Notes: generated from the letters alone by a model not told the origin. Shown: positions 27,531 through 41,767, counted from the stretch's first letter. The stretch: DNA of 64,000 nucleotides from Octopus bimaculoides (GCF_001194135.2 NC_068992.1:29612446-29676445); one strand, 5' to 3'. Made by a program: numbers and translations.

Positions 27531-29124
27531 TATATTGTATGTATGTATGTATGTATGTATGTATGTATTTTAATAAGCTGTACGGTTCGTTAGCATCTGA
27601 GTATTTTCATTTTACGGACGCCGAGAAAAGATAGTGTTTCACATACATTTAAACGTATCATATGCATACATATCTCCATATATTTGAATATATACGAAAA
27701 CATGAATACATATTTACATACTTAGAAATAAATGCCTATATACATTTATATATATATATATATATATATANNNNNNNNNNNNNNNNNNNNNNNNNNNNNN
27801 NNNNNNNNNNNNNNNNNNNNNNNNNNNNNNNNNNNNNNNNNNNNNNNNNNNNNNNNNNNNNNNNNNNNNNNNNNNNNNNNNGTGTGTGTGTGTGTGTGTG
27901 CGTGTGTGTGTCGTGTGAATACTTAACATAGTATTCATAGAAAGATACGGCTATGTATATAAGTATATGTGTGTGTGTTTGCGTCTGCGTCTGTCTGAAT
28001 GTATGTGTGTGTATGCGAAATATAATGTGACAAGACGCTGTAAGTGAGAGATGTAGAAAGAATGGAGGGAATAGAGCGATAGAGAAAGAGAGGGGAAGTG
28101 AGAGAAATAGACAGAGTCTAGCGGTGTCTCGAACAGAATGAGAGACAAAAGATGAGTGACCAGCATCATTACTGGATAACTGTGTAACAGAAAAGTGCTC
28201 AACACCGGTTGAATGTTTTTTGCATCTTGAACAGTCCACGTGCGAATATCATTGCTGCAGTGGCTGAACTCCAGTGCGGATTAAGAAAAAAATAATCATA
28301 TTTTATATAAATGCACTCATTTGTTTGATAAAGCTATGTTTTATTTCGAAAATTACATTAGGTTAAACGTTCTGTATTCTTTGTGTAACACACTCACACA
28401 CACACGCACACACACGCGCACACACGCGTGTGCACGTGTGTATGTGTGTGTTTGTATGTGTGTAGACGTACCTATTTGCGTAGTGTGTAAGTTCGCTTAT
28501 TTATGTATTTCCTATATTTCACACTGGGATTGTATCCAACATCTATCTATACATCTCTTCATATGTCATATCCATGTGGTATTGCATTCGTCTAACCATC
28601 ATAAATCTTGTTACATTATCCATATTTGTACATAATATCGCCTAATCTACAGATGAAGTCGATACACACTAATTTCCCGGATATTCAAATGTAAACATCA
28701 TTAGACAATTATTATGTTTTCATACACAGCACAGTTTCTTTAAATTAAACCAACCCATTGTTAAACGTAGGCTGATTTTGTCATTGATATCTAAATAATG
28801 TTTAGGAAAATTATATTTGTTATAAACATATTTATGGCTATGTGCGCTTGTGTGTATAATTATAGCGTATGTATTTAAAGCAATCAATTTAAAACACACA
28901 TACAATATACAATTATAGATCTACAATTATGTATACACAAGGACTTGAATATTTGTATCTATATCTATGAATCTATCTATATTGGTATAAAATACATACA
29001 CAAATGCATATACATACATAATACATACTTACATACATACATATACACACACACACACACGCACGCAAAGAGACAAACGCGCACACATAAACATATGCCT
29101 TATTGGTTAGTTAAATCATTGGCG

Positions 29125-29340
29125 TAGAGCCATGCTGGAGTAACGCCGAATAAGGGGAACCAATGAAATCAATCTCAGTGCGTATTTAATTCTGTTACAT
29201 ATTCTAACATACAATTTTGCCGATCAGTGAAGTTACAGAAACATGAACCAACCAACGCCGGGTGTCAAGCGATGGGGGGAACAAGACAAACACAAAGACA
29301 TACATACAAACATATATGTGCATACATACACTCACATACG

Positions 29341-29410
<70 letters not shown>
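29125..29410 (-). mobile_element. Degraded family-C SINE 3' half running into expanded (TA)n
   Basis: GCCATGCTGGAG...GGTGTCAAGCGATGGGGGGAACAA aligns with 40350-40510. Confidence 0.6.
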
Positions 29411-29411
<1 letters not shown>

Positions 29412-30350
29412 CAAGTATTAAAAGTTGTCGTGGGTATGTAAAAACCAATCAGAAGGACAACATGAAACACGTAGGTAAAGTAAATTATCAAGTATTACCT
29501 CTAAAATTTAAATATATACTCACACACAAAACGTCTTATATGTGTATTAAAATGCAAGCAGTTTCATATACATACACATCTATGTGTGTGTGTTTTTCTG
29601 TGTGTTAGTGTGTGTAATTTGTGTGGGAATATTGTAGTTTGCTTTATAGAGCTCGTCTACGAGTATCGGCTATCAGTTGCAGGTTCACAATGAAGGCGAT
29701 CGTATTAAGGAAATTACAACCGGAAAACCATGAATATTCGTTGAGTATTAATAAAAATGCATAAATAGGAGGTGGTCTGGATTGAGAAAGCACGCCCTAT
29801 TGCATAATAACACAACATTTTCATCTGCACTTTACCAACAGTTAATTAATGACATTATTTCATAACAAATATATTACATTTGTTGCATTGCATCAGTATA
29901 TAAAGAAGGCACTTCAGGTTTGAACGGAAAATATTCGGCAAATTAAACCGAATTCCATAGAAGTTACCCATTCACATTAAAAGAAGTAGAAACAAATATC
30001 TCCAGACCGTTAGTCACAATTACAGTTTAACCAGTCAATAAAATGAGTAAATGATGAAATAGAAATAATGAAAGTAAAGTAATAAACAAAACTAGGCACA
30101 TAAACATTTAGAAAGATATATGTCATTTAACTTATCCTTGTGCACCTATCCCTAATAGCCGGTTGTCGCCAGGATGGCTATCACAACAGACCAGTCTAGT
30201 TTTGTTTTTCTTAATTGATAAAAACATGGATCTAAACCTTATCCGCCGTTTTATTACTCTCCAGTCATTATATTAGCATGATGTGTATTTACCGAAGATG
30301 TAAGCACAGAAGCAATCAAATCCATACACACGCACACACACACACACGCA

Positions 30351-30385
<35 letters not shown>

Positions 30386-30561
30386 NNNNNNNNNNNNNNN
30401 NNNNNNNNNNNNNNNNNNNNNNNNNNNNNNNNNNNNNNNNNNNNNNNNNNNNNNNNNNNNNNNNNNNNNNNNNNNNNNNNNNNNNNNNNNNNNNNNNNNN
30501 NNNNNNNNNNNNNNNNNNNNNNNNNNNNNNNNNNNNNNNNNNNNNNNNNNNNNNNNNNNNN

Positions 30562-30596
<35 letters not shown>

Positions 30597-30799
30597 GAAT
30601 ATTTAAACGAATGCACTTATATAAATATATATGCGCAAATGACACATAACAATATGCCAATAATTTGAATCTCTGCCACACCATATCTATGCAGAAGTGT
30701 ATCCAATGCACAAAAATAGATACGTACCAACACACTCATACAGTCATATATCTATGTATATAATCATATACAACATATCTGTATATCATTTTACTATGT

Positions 30800-31455
30800 A
30801 TGTGCAATCTGGTAAGTGAGATCAGCTATACGGATGACAGAAAATTATCTCTCGCGGTCAGGAACCCTGATCTCGTACAAAAACTTGAAAATGATCTGAA
30901 CGCAAAACGTAAACGGGCTCATGAAAATAACATGCAATTCAATGCTGAAAAGTTCCAAGTACTCCATTATTGTCTCATAAAATCATATGACCGTGGGTTA
31001 CAAATACACATAACCGCGGGGTAGTGCAATCCCTGTGTCAGATTCGGTACTTGACCCGGGAATCCACGGCAGGTATGCAAAATTGTATGTGCAGATTACC
31101 AGAAAGGCAACACAATGCAGGTAAGTAGCTAGAGGGATTCTTAGACTATTCACAACCAGAAAATATATGATGCAAGTCCTCCCAAATGTAGTCACTGCAG
31201 AGCATCAAACTGGTGGCGGAACTTGAGGCAATCCAGGGCCACTACAACGTGAACCCAGCTCGGTGGAACAGGTGTGCCACTGAGAGAAGCTAAAGTAATT
31301 GAAGCTCTACTCCCTAGAAATTAGGTGTGAAAGATATGTAGTGGTATACTTATGGAAGAGCCTGGAATGTCTTGCTCTCAACTTTTTAATTAAAAGCCCT
31401 AACAAGCATAGAATCCGACGGCGCTGCGTAGTACCAAAGATTTTGTCTGGTACGC
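30800..31455 (+). mobile_element. CR1-type LINE RT C-terminal fragment, part 1
   Basis: YTDD (30827-30838), ENNMQFNAEKFQVLHY, LKLYSLE.RCERY...WK.LE, RRCVVPK. Confidence 0.85.
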
Positions 31456-31685
31456 CCCCATAGTTATTCGATGTTCAAAAACTAATTTTATAGAAACTTC
31501 TTTCAAAATTCTTATTTTGTTTTTCTCACATTGAATTGTGTAATTTGAAAATTGTGAAAAGCAAAACGTATTCCGGGGACATTAAAATACTGTTGTAGAT
31601 TGTAATTTACTATTTTGTTGTGAGGACCCCCAAAAATATTATATGCGCCATCAGGGGCCATGTTGACCCCGGTTGAGAACCAATG
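31455..31685 (-). mobile_element. hAT/Charlie-type MITE, one end truncated, inserted in the CR1
   Basis: Terminus CATTGGTTCTCAACCGGGG (31685 to 31667) resembles the CAGTGGTTCTCAA hAT end; the other end is not recognisable. Confidence 0.6.
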
Positions 31686-31689
31686 ATTC

Positions 31690-31960
31690 TGAATAAAGAC
31701 CCTGTAGTGCAAAAGCTTGTGTTTCAAGGGACCATATTCGGCCGAACAACCTCAGAGATTTGCGGGGTGTAGCTGTGGGGTTCCTCAAAACGTGTGTTGA
31801 GAATTTTTTTTTGTATCTGAGATACCAGATCAACCCACATCGCTGAAGTAAGCACAAAGATGAGCAGCTCCATCCAACTCGCTACTTCACTGGATGCTGT
31901 ACTGTAAAGGAACCCAAACATACTGAAAGGTGGCACTATTGCATTGCCGGTCTCGGCCTG
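31690..31960 (+). mobile_element. CR1-type LINE fragment, part 2 (continuation after the MITE)
   Basis: CKSLCFKGP, NNLRDLRGVAV.FLK, SEIPDQPT...AAPSNSLLH. Confidence 0.75.
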
Positions 31961-33107
31961 TAGCTGAAACCAGTGTAAGATGAAAGATGAAACACACACA
32001 CACACACACAAACACGCGCGCGCACATGCGTGTATAAATATGCATATACATAAATTATTTAATCCATGCTTGCATAATCCATACCCGCATAAAAGTTTCG
32101 TCAAACGAATCGTATGTCCTGTTTCGCTTATGATTCATTGGCGGCCATAGCTAAGTTTTGTAATTGCCCCATTCTTCGCCACACACATGCACACACACAT
32201 ATACATTTATACTCATATGAACAGATATGTGAATATGTCGCGCGTGTGTCTATTTGTATACTTCGAAATATATGCATTTCATCTAATTCAAAATCATTTG
32301 TTCCTTACATTCTTATGCTCATACACAGTTTCAGATAAACCAGGGCTCGCTGCGCATCTTATTTTCAACTCATCACTCAGCAACGTGGTCCATAATAGCT
32401 ATCAAGTTTCGTAGGAAATTACTTACAAAATTGTCCATTCTATTGTACATTTTGGAGTAGCCATAAATGCCTTTGCACAGGTCATACCGAAGTCACCATA
32501 TCTTCGATTTCTTTTTCTAATCACTATTGTCAATGGATGCTCTCTTTCCTTTCCTTTCTCTCCTTCGTTCTCTAGCTCTCTCTGCATATTTGCTGTGATC
32601 AGCACCGGCATAACTAAGATCACGACAGTTACCTGGCAACCCGGGCAGTTTAGCATACAATTCCATTTGGTCAACTAGATACGTTTGAGAAGTTCAAGTA
32701 CGTAGAATATATTGCTGACAATACAGCAAACTGCAGGCATGAAATCAAAGTTTTGTTGATGCTAGATATTTACCGGTGAGGTCAATCAATTATTAGATAT
32801 GGAGCGAGTGCATCCTTGGCAAAAGTATCGCTGTGAAACTTCCAGAAACTCTGGTCTGGCTAACAGAGTTGTGTAGTTATGACGCATAGATCCTGAGAGA
32901 CTCGGAGATAAGACAAAAACAAAATATTTTTGACTACGTTTCAGGGACCAGACCATTATATCTACATTCTTAGGGTCTGCATGAACGGATAGCAAAGATG
33001 GAGTTAGAGTGAAGACATCAAAGACTTGACGGGAAGGAACCTCATGTGTGGCCAAAAGTGATGGTTATGCTCACTGACCTATAGCCATGGGGATGGGCAT
33101 CGTCAAT

Positions 33108-33552
33108 TCTTCCTTCCGTCTTTCCTTCCTTCCTTCCTTCCTTCCTTCCTTCCTCCCTTACTTCTTTCCTTCCTACTTTCCTTCCTTCCTCTCTTCTTTC
33201 CTTCCTTCCTTCTTTCCTTGCTTGCTTCCTTCCTTCTCTCCTTCTTACTTTCCTTCCTTCTTTCCCTCCTTCCTTCCTTCCTTCCTTCCTTCCTTCCTTC
33301 CTTGCTTGCTTCCTTCTCCCCTTCTTACTTTCCTTCCTTCTTTCCTACCTTTCTTCCTCCCTTACTTCTTTCCTTCCTTCCTTCCTTCCTTCCTTCCTCC
33401 CTTCCTTCCTACCTTTCTTCCTCCCTTATTTCCTTCCTTCCTTCCTTCCTTCCTTCCTTCTTTCCTTCCTTCCTCCCTCCCTTCCTTCCTTCCTTCCTTC
33501 CTTCCTCCCTTACTTCTTTCCTTCCTTCCTTCCTTCCTTCCTTCCTTCCTTC
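33108..33552. repeat. About 440-bp (CCTT)n-type polypyrimidine/polypurine tract with higher-order variants
   Basis: Directly visible; recurring CCCTTACTTCTTTCCTT / CCTTGCTTGCTT sub-units; explains ORFs 33087 and 33218. Confidence 0.95.
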
Positions 33553-33669
33553 AGACATTCACTCATTCAGCCAGTCATACATACACGCTCATACGCAAAC
33601 ATGCCTCTCTTTCCCCAACTAGGTCTCGATCTGAATATCTTCGGTAACATTTCCATGCTCAATAGATAC

Positions 33670-34030
33670 GACCGTAGCGTTCAGTAGCTTCTTCCGTCAT
33701 CGTTGGTGTCTGTCCTTTTCAAATTTCTAAGTGGCATTATTTAATCTGCTCCTGTATTATAGACAGGCTACGATTCTGCTTGACGTCTGTACTAAGTTGA
33801 CATTGCTTAAGTAGCTTATCCAAACGGATTACGAAATATTCTGCATCTGTCAATTATTTGCCTATGGTGCTGATGCCATTTATAAAATAGTTTTGAAGTT
33901 GTTGTGCAATGTACTTGCGATCTTTATTCCTTGAAAATAACTTCAGACATCTCTCATTATCAATTCCTTTGCCATCACGAGTAGGCAGTTGTGGAAAGAA
34001 TACACCATTATGTTACCTGCCTTCAGTATG
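33670..34030 (-). mobile_element. Possible hAT (Charlie/ZBED5-like) transposase remnant
   Basis: Broken frames give AKELIM, ISTIGK*LTDAEY and LLKQCQLSTDV, resembling GEELI, NSTISRRI.EMA and QLDESTDV. Confidence 0.3.
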
Positions 34031-34174
34031 AAGCAGTTGATTGTCAGTATGTGAGTATGATTGTATGTTCGTGTTCAACTATTTGAATATTAATCCTAAT
34101 TACCGGATGAGATGTCCTTTTGCAATTCCTGCTGTGATTTCTCTGTCTGTCTGTTTCGGTATATATATTTATAC

Positions 34175-34265
<91 letters not shown>

Positions 34266-35399
34266 AACACACATTCACACATTCACATACATATATAAGG
34301 TTGAAAAGCCTGTTTTGAATAGAGGAAGTGGAAAGCTGTTCGTGGGATTCGAAATCATGTCTTCTGTTGACTTTGTACCAAAGCAGCCCATTGAAATTAT
34401 CTATCTATTTTAGAAACCTTGTCCTTACTAGCGAGAATCGTACTTTGTTGTCATAAGAATTTTATAATCTTTGGAGAGAACATGAAATAATTCTTTTACA
34501 GAATGTTGGCTCTCGTGCGCCGTATAATACCCTGTAGATATTGGATTTAATAGCCCTTTTGAGAGAAGGTTCACATAAAAAAGTTAGACGAATTGCTTTA
34601 GTATAGTTGTAATGAACCTGTCATGTCTACAGCAGATGTGCATTCGAATCACAATGGTAGCATTCGGTTTTTCTATATAAAAGGATTTTTGAACCCAATA
34701 TTTACATGGTAACCTCTATAGCATTATATGAGCCTCGAGAGCCACTATTCGCAAACTTGATTAGTTTATGTTCACTTGAAATTTTATGAAATACTCATGA
34801 CGCCTGCAATATACAGGCATGTACACATATTACACGTAAATGCTAACTTCACAAGCTAGAGTCTCTTTATGTGGAGGGTCACGTGTTACACGACTGCTCG
34901 GGAGACGTTTTAGAAATAAGAACATTTTCCAGATAACACTTGAATAAATCGATTCTATACGCTATATCATTTCACGTGATTATGACACGTAATGTATAGG
35001 GCTGATGTAAGTATTTTCAGTACATTCCTACCCTCTTTCAATATGGTAGGAACTGATATCTTCGAGGAAAAAAAACGGAATTCTATAATGCATACAATAC
35101 ACATGATTATGGTATTCGGTGAGACCTTAGATTCTAAAGAATAATAGAGAATAATAGAGAACTTGACAACTTTGTTTACTACCTAGCTACTGAGGTGTGG
35201 ACTGGCTAAATAATAAAATAACAACCGCGAAGATAGAACATACACTGATGCACACGTACATTTATACATATGCGTATATGTTTATGTGAGCTAAATATGT
35301 TATTTATATAGACATATATACATATATGTATACATGTATATGTTATATACACACAGTCATGCGTGCAGTAAGTTACCGCATAACTGATGCCACAAAACG

Positions 35400-35453
35400 T
35401 CTCTCAGAATCTATTGGTCAATCTCAAAATCTCTCAGAATCTATTGGTCAATC
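35400..35453. repeat. Perfect 24-bp direct duplication (period 30)
   Basis: TCTCTCAGAATCTATTGGTCAATC at 35400 and 35430. Confidence 0.9.
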
Positions 35454-36219
35454 CATTATATTGTACTGAAGTATTGGAGGGAGACTATGTGAAAACCAGC
35501 TTTCAAAACGACTCTGATAGACATGAGTAAAAATATAAGCAAAATATAAAATATTATTCGTGAGGTCACTGCCATATCATATACGAGCGATCATATAGGA
35601 AATTAGATATAAAGAATTAATATGCTCAAATCATGCTTTTCTTGCACAATTGTTTGCATTGGATGCTATTTATTGCTGAGAAATACACAAGAATGTGTTC
35701 TTTCATACAGAAAACCAAACAGACTTACATATGCACTACCATAAACCCATATGTGGAATATTGATTTTGCTGCATATCATACAACATAGCGCAGGAAGTT
35801 ATAAAATTATCTAGAAAATTCTTCATTTCCTGTTGTTGTGGTTGCCCCAATACAAGTTCAATGCTGCAATTTGTCTTGAAGTAGTAGAAGAGCTTAAAAA
35901 TCATAAAATATTTCTATACAGAAAATAAGATACGTATATTTATATGCGATTGCTTGTGTAGACGCGCGCGCGCGCGTAGCGTGTGCATATGTATATGCGT
36001 GTGAAAGAGAGATAGATGAGAGCTGGAGGGAAAGAGAAAGGAGAGAGATTTGAGAGAGAGGGAGAGAGGGAGAGAGTGAGTACTTGTATAGCTATACAAA
36101 ACATGTATACCAAGTTTTGCAATCATGAAATCCCGGGTTCAATCACAATTCCTTGCAAATTTTTACTTTCAGATTCGCAAACTTATGAAGATTAAATAAA
36201 AAAAAAAAATTGAGGCGTG

Positions 36220-36380
36220 AAATTTTGGTGTCGAGACTAAGTCGATTACATCAACACTAGGGTTTAGTTGCTAATTATTTTATCGAGGCCAAAAGGTTGA
36301 AAAGTAAATCGACCTCTGTGGAATTTGAACTCAGAAATGTTGCTAAGCATTTTCACCGGCATGTTAACGGTCCTATCTGG
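36220..36380 (-). mobile_element. Degraded family-B SINE
   Basis: GTTTCTGAGTTCAAATTCCACAGAGGTCGATT on the minus strand. Confidence 0.65.
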
Positions 36381-38241
36381 TCGTATCCTTAAGATTGAAT
36401 AAATAATACCAGTAATTCCTGAAGCAAAATCTTCATACATGATTCCATGCTGATTCCGTTTGGGGGGGGGGAATGGTTGTTTAATGCTTACCTGCCTACT
36501 CAATAATCAAATGGGTATTTGGTTAATGGAATTACGACAACATCCTCGTCAAAACGGACGTAACATAGGTCATGTGAGTGTATGTGCGCGTGTGTGCGCG
36601 CATGTGTATATTTAAAGGTCAATAATGTCAAAATTTAAATATTTTTTTACATCCCTTGCTAATTTTTCAGATTTTTTTTTTTGTAAGCACAAGCGATTTC
36701 AGTCATTTTTATTTATGAATTGAAACAGAACTGTACTTTCGACGAGGCAGATATTTATTCCTGATTTTCAAATCACGTAAATCATTTTGTAGTATCATTG
36801 ATGCGACGGATTCTGTTATCTATTGCCAGGATTTAGTTATTTCTAGAAGGAATTCCTTTTTTATTTCAGTAGATGGAGTAATAGCTATGTAAAAAAGTGT
36901 AAGTTTATGAAACCTAGGGATTGGTAATAAAGATTTATTCTTTCTATCAGTGTGAATTATAACTACAGTAGCATGACGCTATGCCCATAATCAAATAATT
37001 TAAATATTGCTGAAGCAAAGTGTGCAGTTTTAAATGGGTGTCATAAAGAATCAACAGCCGATTTCTAGAAGATGCCGAGCTTTAAATGACGGTAATGTTT
37101 TGTTTGTTAGCTGTATTGCATTCAAATACATTTATTAGGCCGGCATATACAGTGAGAAACCACTTCAGCGTAAACTCCCATGTTCCCTAAATAAATACTA
37201 ATTTCTTAGTGAAGTTTGAACAATATTGTGAGTTAAAGGACACTAATTATTTACTCAAGGAGTAAAAGGCAGCACAACTGACAGAATAAGAAACACAGAA
37301 AACGTGCTGTTATCTTATAACTCCATCCCACGCAACCTGGCTTCAATGAATTGCTTATTCTCTCACAATACATTCCCATTTCATTCTTCTGGTAGATCAC
37401 GCAAATTCTATACAATAAAGTTCCATTTATTTGTCGAAAGAATTACATTTATCCATGGTGAAACATGATATATTTTGTTGAAGAGTGAAGAGAATAATTG
37501 AATGAAATTTGATGGCGGTTCAGCAGTTAATTCTTTCTTTATGTGACGTCCAAATGACATTATTTATTTGCTTATGTTGTACACATCATGATATTAATGT
37601 GGTGTATCCAGGTTACATTTATGATATACTGGCTGGTTAAACCAATAATATTCATCGATCTGTTTGCGTCTAATTTCTTCTGGTTATCCATCATCCTCGC
37701 TCCAAAATATTATTCGAGATTTTCGCCTCAAATACATTTCAGTTAAGAAATCGGATAAATGTTGCCATTACGAGTTATATTATTACATTTGAGAACTGTC
37801 AGTGCTCCAGCTTCATTGGTTTTCAATATTATCACAGGAAGATTTAGATGCTTGAGACACCAGAACTATGGATTGAATACATTATCTATTCAGTTCCCTC
37901 TCTGAACAGGAAAAATAATGAAGACGTTGAGCTAATACAAGCAGTACTTCTGCCTAGAAGCCTCACAGTTTTTACATACATGTATACTTATTAAGTTCAA
38001 TTCCTATTAAATGTGACTTAGTTTTTAATTCTTGTCAAGTAAGAGAAACATAATGTCATTAATACACTGAGGTGGGTTTAAGAGAATTTTTATTAATTAG
38101 CTTAGTGCTTAAGCTAAAAACAATCTCCTCATGAACTTCCATAAAAAGTTTCGGAATATTTGCTTCTCCTTTTTATCATAGTCGCAGGTATATTGAGAAA
38201 GACTTGTCCTTACGAATATTTATATATTTGCACACACACAC

Positions 38242-38291
<50 letters not shown>

Positions 38292-40275
38292 CTGTTTTTA
38301 TCTTCTAGTCTTTTTTACGAGATAATATTGTTCTTGAAGATCCGCAGAGGGTGAAATTTTTGTAAAGAAAAACATATGATATTTACCAGCTACTATTTCT
38401 TTTTTCCTCCAAAGATCATTTTGATTTTATCTTACCATTTTAATGAAACTATACACTAGCTTTCAGAATATGTCAACATCGAATATTCTGCTCAGAATAA
38501 AATAACTCAACATACATATTCATAACAAATATTTTATAGAAGTAACAGGAAGAAAATAGAGTAATATCGGACAGAAACAACATTGAAATAGAAATGGAAA
38601 TTTCTCATCAGTTCAAAAGTAAGCATTTCATTACATTCTGGACCAATCAGTTCATATTTCTTATGAAGGAGATGTGAGATGAATTAAGATAAATAAGAAT
38701 AAATTGTATTGAGAATTCCTATTGCTGAAAAGATACTACCGCATAACAGTAAAATTGAGGCCAACATACACGTCATAACGAGAAAAAAATATCAACTTGG
38801 TTAAGAACAATTCAAAGTTGAGGTGAATTTTAATATTAGGTTAATATTATGTAAATCTGATTTTTGCAAGTGCAGTGACAAATTCGGAGAGCTTTCAGAA
38901 GTGTTAGTCACCATGAACAAAGTGTTACCTCATCCGTACTTTGTCAAAGTCCTACTATCATCCCAGCTGAACTAGGGACATTATTTCTGTTTACCTTAAA
39001 ATATTTTAGCAATTTATTGCATATATCGCAAACTATCTACCTAACTCTAAGTTTGTATTACATATTTCAATATTCTTGCAGTCAATACGAAGCACTATTC
39101 AATACCCATAAATCTCTCATTTCTCATTTTAACAAGAAATTTTTCAATGTAAAAAAAAAAAAAAAAGAATCAAACACAGTTCAATGCATGAACTATTGCT
39201 CACATAAGATATATATTAGCTTAGCTTAGTTGAACAAACATTTCTGTTCTGTTTAAAGAAATGTTTTATTTGTTAGACTGAAATATTTTGAGTCATATCA
39301 ATGAAAAGCTTAGAACCTGAATACCAAACCTTAGCAAGTCGTTCCGATCTGATAAGAAGTGGAATGAATTTACAGAGTAACTTTTCACAAAAGGTTAAAA
39401 GTAAAGAAGACAGGAAAAAAATTCTGTATTACGTAAATGTGTAAAGGGGTGTGTGTGTGTGTTTCAGTGTGCGTACAACACTGTGTATGTGTATATGTAT
39501 ATTTATATGCATTGGTAATGCATTTATTCTATATTCATATGTGTGCATGCCTATGTCTGGATGTTTGTGGGAAACCTACACATGCATATATACATTTGTG
39601 TTTGTGTGTATATATACGAATACATACATAACATGCGCACATGCGCATACATACATACATACATACATATATATATGTATATNNNNNNNNNNNNNNNNNN
39701 NNNNNNNNNNNNNNNNNNNNNNNNNNNNNNNNNNNTATATATATATATATATATATATATTTACACATGTTTGAGTGTGTGTCTATAAACGTTTGGGTGG
39801 GTTCTGTTTATATGATTTACACATAAGGTGTAATTCTGTATCATATATATGCATATATGTATACATCTACACACACATATATATATGAAATATATACAAA
39901 TACATATACATAGTCACCTCGTATATTTTACGTGAGTGTTGGTGTGTATAAGTGTTTGTTGTTGTATAGGTTGTGTGTGTCTCTCTGCGTGTGTGTCTGC
40001 ATGTATGTGTGTCTATGTATCTATGTGTAGGGTGAATGTGCTTGTGTGTGCGCGCTTGTGTGTGCGCGCTTGTGTGTGTCCATGTGTGTGTGTGCGCGCT
40101 TGTGTGTGTGTGTATGTATGTATGTGTATAACTGCTCACATGAGTCAGAATTCTAGTCTATACTCTAACTCCCTAAATGCTCATCATAAATCGCTTCACT
40201 TAATTTCTCGTCTCTTGGTAATTTAGTACTTTTGTTTAATTTCTTCCAGAGCCACAAATAGCTCGGTTGTTCTGT

Positions 40276-40310
<35 letters not shown>

Positions 40311-40311
<1 letters not shown>

Positions 40312-40709
40312 CTCTCTTTTACTTTTTTACTTGTTTCAGTCATTTGACTGCGGCCATGCTGGAGCACCGCCTTTAGTCGAGCAAATCGTCCTCAGGACTT
40401 ATTCTTTGCAAGCCTAGTACTTATACTATCGGTTTCTCTTGCCGAACCGCTAAGTTACGGGGACGTAAATACACCACCATCGGTTGTCAAGCAATGTTGG
40501 GGGACAAACACAGACACACAAACATACACACACATATATATACATATATACGACAGGCTTCTTTTAGTTTCCGTCTAAGAAATCCACTCAAAAGGCTTTG
40601 GTCGGCTCGAGGCTATAGTAGAAGACACTTGCCCAAGGTGCCACGCAGTGTGAATGAACCCGAAACAATGTGGTTGGTAAGCAGGCTACTTACCACACAG
40701 CCACTCCTG
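40311..40709 (-). mobile_element. Full-length tRNA-derived SINE (family C) embedded in (TA)n
   Basis: Head CAGGAGTGGCTGTGTGGTAAG...GTTTCGGGTTCA; internal TG/TA microsatellite; tail GACTGAAACAAGTAAAA; (TA)n on both sides. Confidence 0.9.
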
Positions 40710-40792
40710 TATATATATATAAAGACAGTTTGACAAGATTAAGTGGTTGTCCTGGAGGGGACGAGTGCGAGTGTTAGTGTTGNNNNNNNNNN

Positions 40793-41155
40793 CTTGCCGA
40801 ACCGCTAAGTTACGGGGACGTAAATACACCACCATCGGTTGTCAAGCAATGTTGGGGGACAAACACAGACACACAAACATACACACACATATATATACAT
40901 ATATACGACAGGCTTCTTTTAGTTTCCGTCTAAGAAATCCACTCAAAAGGCTTTGGTCGGCTCGAGGCTATAGTAGAAGACACTTGCCCAAGGTGCCACG
41001 CAGTGTGAATGAACCCGAAACAATGTGGTTGGTAAGCAGGCTACTTACCACACAGCCACTCCTGTATATATATATATGTATGTATATATATATAAAGACA
41101 GTTTGACAAGATTAAGTGGTTGTCCTGGAGGGGACGAGTGCGAGTGTTAGTGTTG
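40793..41155. other. Duplicate of 40438-40782 across a 10-N gap; probable assembly (allelic overlap) artefact
   Basis: Appears identical except for 18 extra nt in a TA microsatellite; includes non-SINE flank. Confidence 0.85.
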
Positions 41156-41291
41156 CTTAGCCACAGGATACATCGTTTCCAGCTGGCTATACGGAGCAGT
41201 ATCTGATCCTTATACTTTCGAAGAGGAGGTCAAGACACCTATCCAGCACAAAGTAACAACTGTGGAACGGTTTCTGTGTTATTGCACCTTA

Positions 41292-41493
41292 TCAGCACAG
41301 TAGTCGCTCGGCTAGTGGTGTTGCTGAATTCCCGTTCGAAAATATTTAGTTTTCCAATTGACATACAGTTACTGATCTAATAAATAGAAACATTATTATG
41401 TCTTACATCGGTGAATGTGTGACACTTTGTAAATTATATACTTTCGAACGGGAATACAGTAACACCACTAGCCAAGCAGCTACTCTGTGTTGA
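41292..41493. mobile_element. 202-bp MITE with about 50-bp imperfect TIRs and TTA TSD
   Basis: Arms 41292-41341 and 41442-41493 share GGCTAGTGGTGTT.CTG.ATTCCCGTTCGAAA; TTA at 41289-41291 and 41494-41496. Confidence 0.72.
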
Positions 41494-41714
41494 TTAAGAG
41501 CAATAGTTGAGAAACCTGTCCACAGATGTTGCTTTGTGCTGGATGGGGGTGGTGGGGTGGGTGTACTACCTGATCAAAGATATAAGGAAACAAACAATGT
41601 GCCGTAGAGCCAGCTGGAAACGACGTTTCCTGGGGTTAAACAGCTGTAACAATCATCACTTCCAGGACAGCCACATTATGTTGGCAAATAGTCTTTACTT
41701 TGAAGGATAGTTAC

Positions 41715-41764
<50 letters not shown>

Positions 41765-41767
<3 letters not shown>

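Noticed and set aside
31724-31963. 80-codon minus-strand open frame behind a good acceptor (TTTCAG|CTACAG) with a hydrophobic stretch; looked like a terminal exon
   Set aside because: The plus strand is the continuation of the CR1 RT (NLRDL, IPDQPT, SNSLL), so the open frame is antisense to a LINE
32418-32520. Minus-strand segment ending in a GTAAGT donor with peptide YGDFGMTC, reminiscent of the Ig DxGxYxC motif
   Set aside because: Lacks the Tyr, has no suitable acceptor and shows no other Ig motifs
33087-33647. 186-aa (LPSF)n ORF
   Set aside because: Translation of (CCTT)n
40438-41155. Apparent 345-bp tandem duplication
   Set aside because: The copies appear identical apart from a TA-repeat length and are separated by a 10-N gap, typical of two alleles or contig ends scaffolded in tandem
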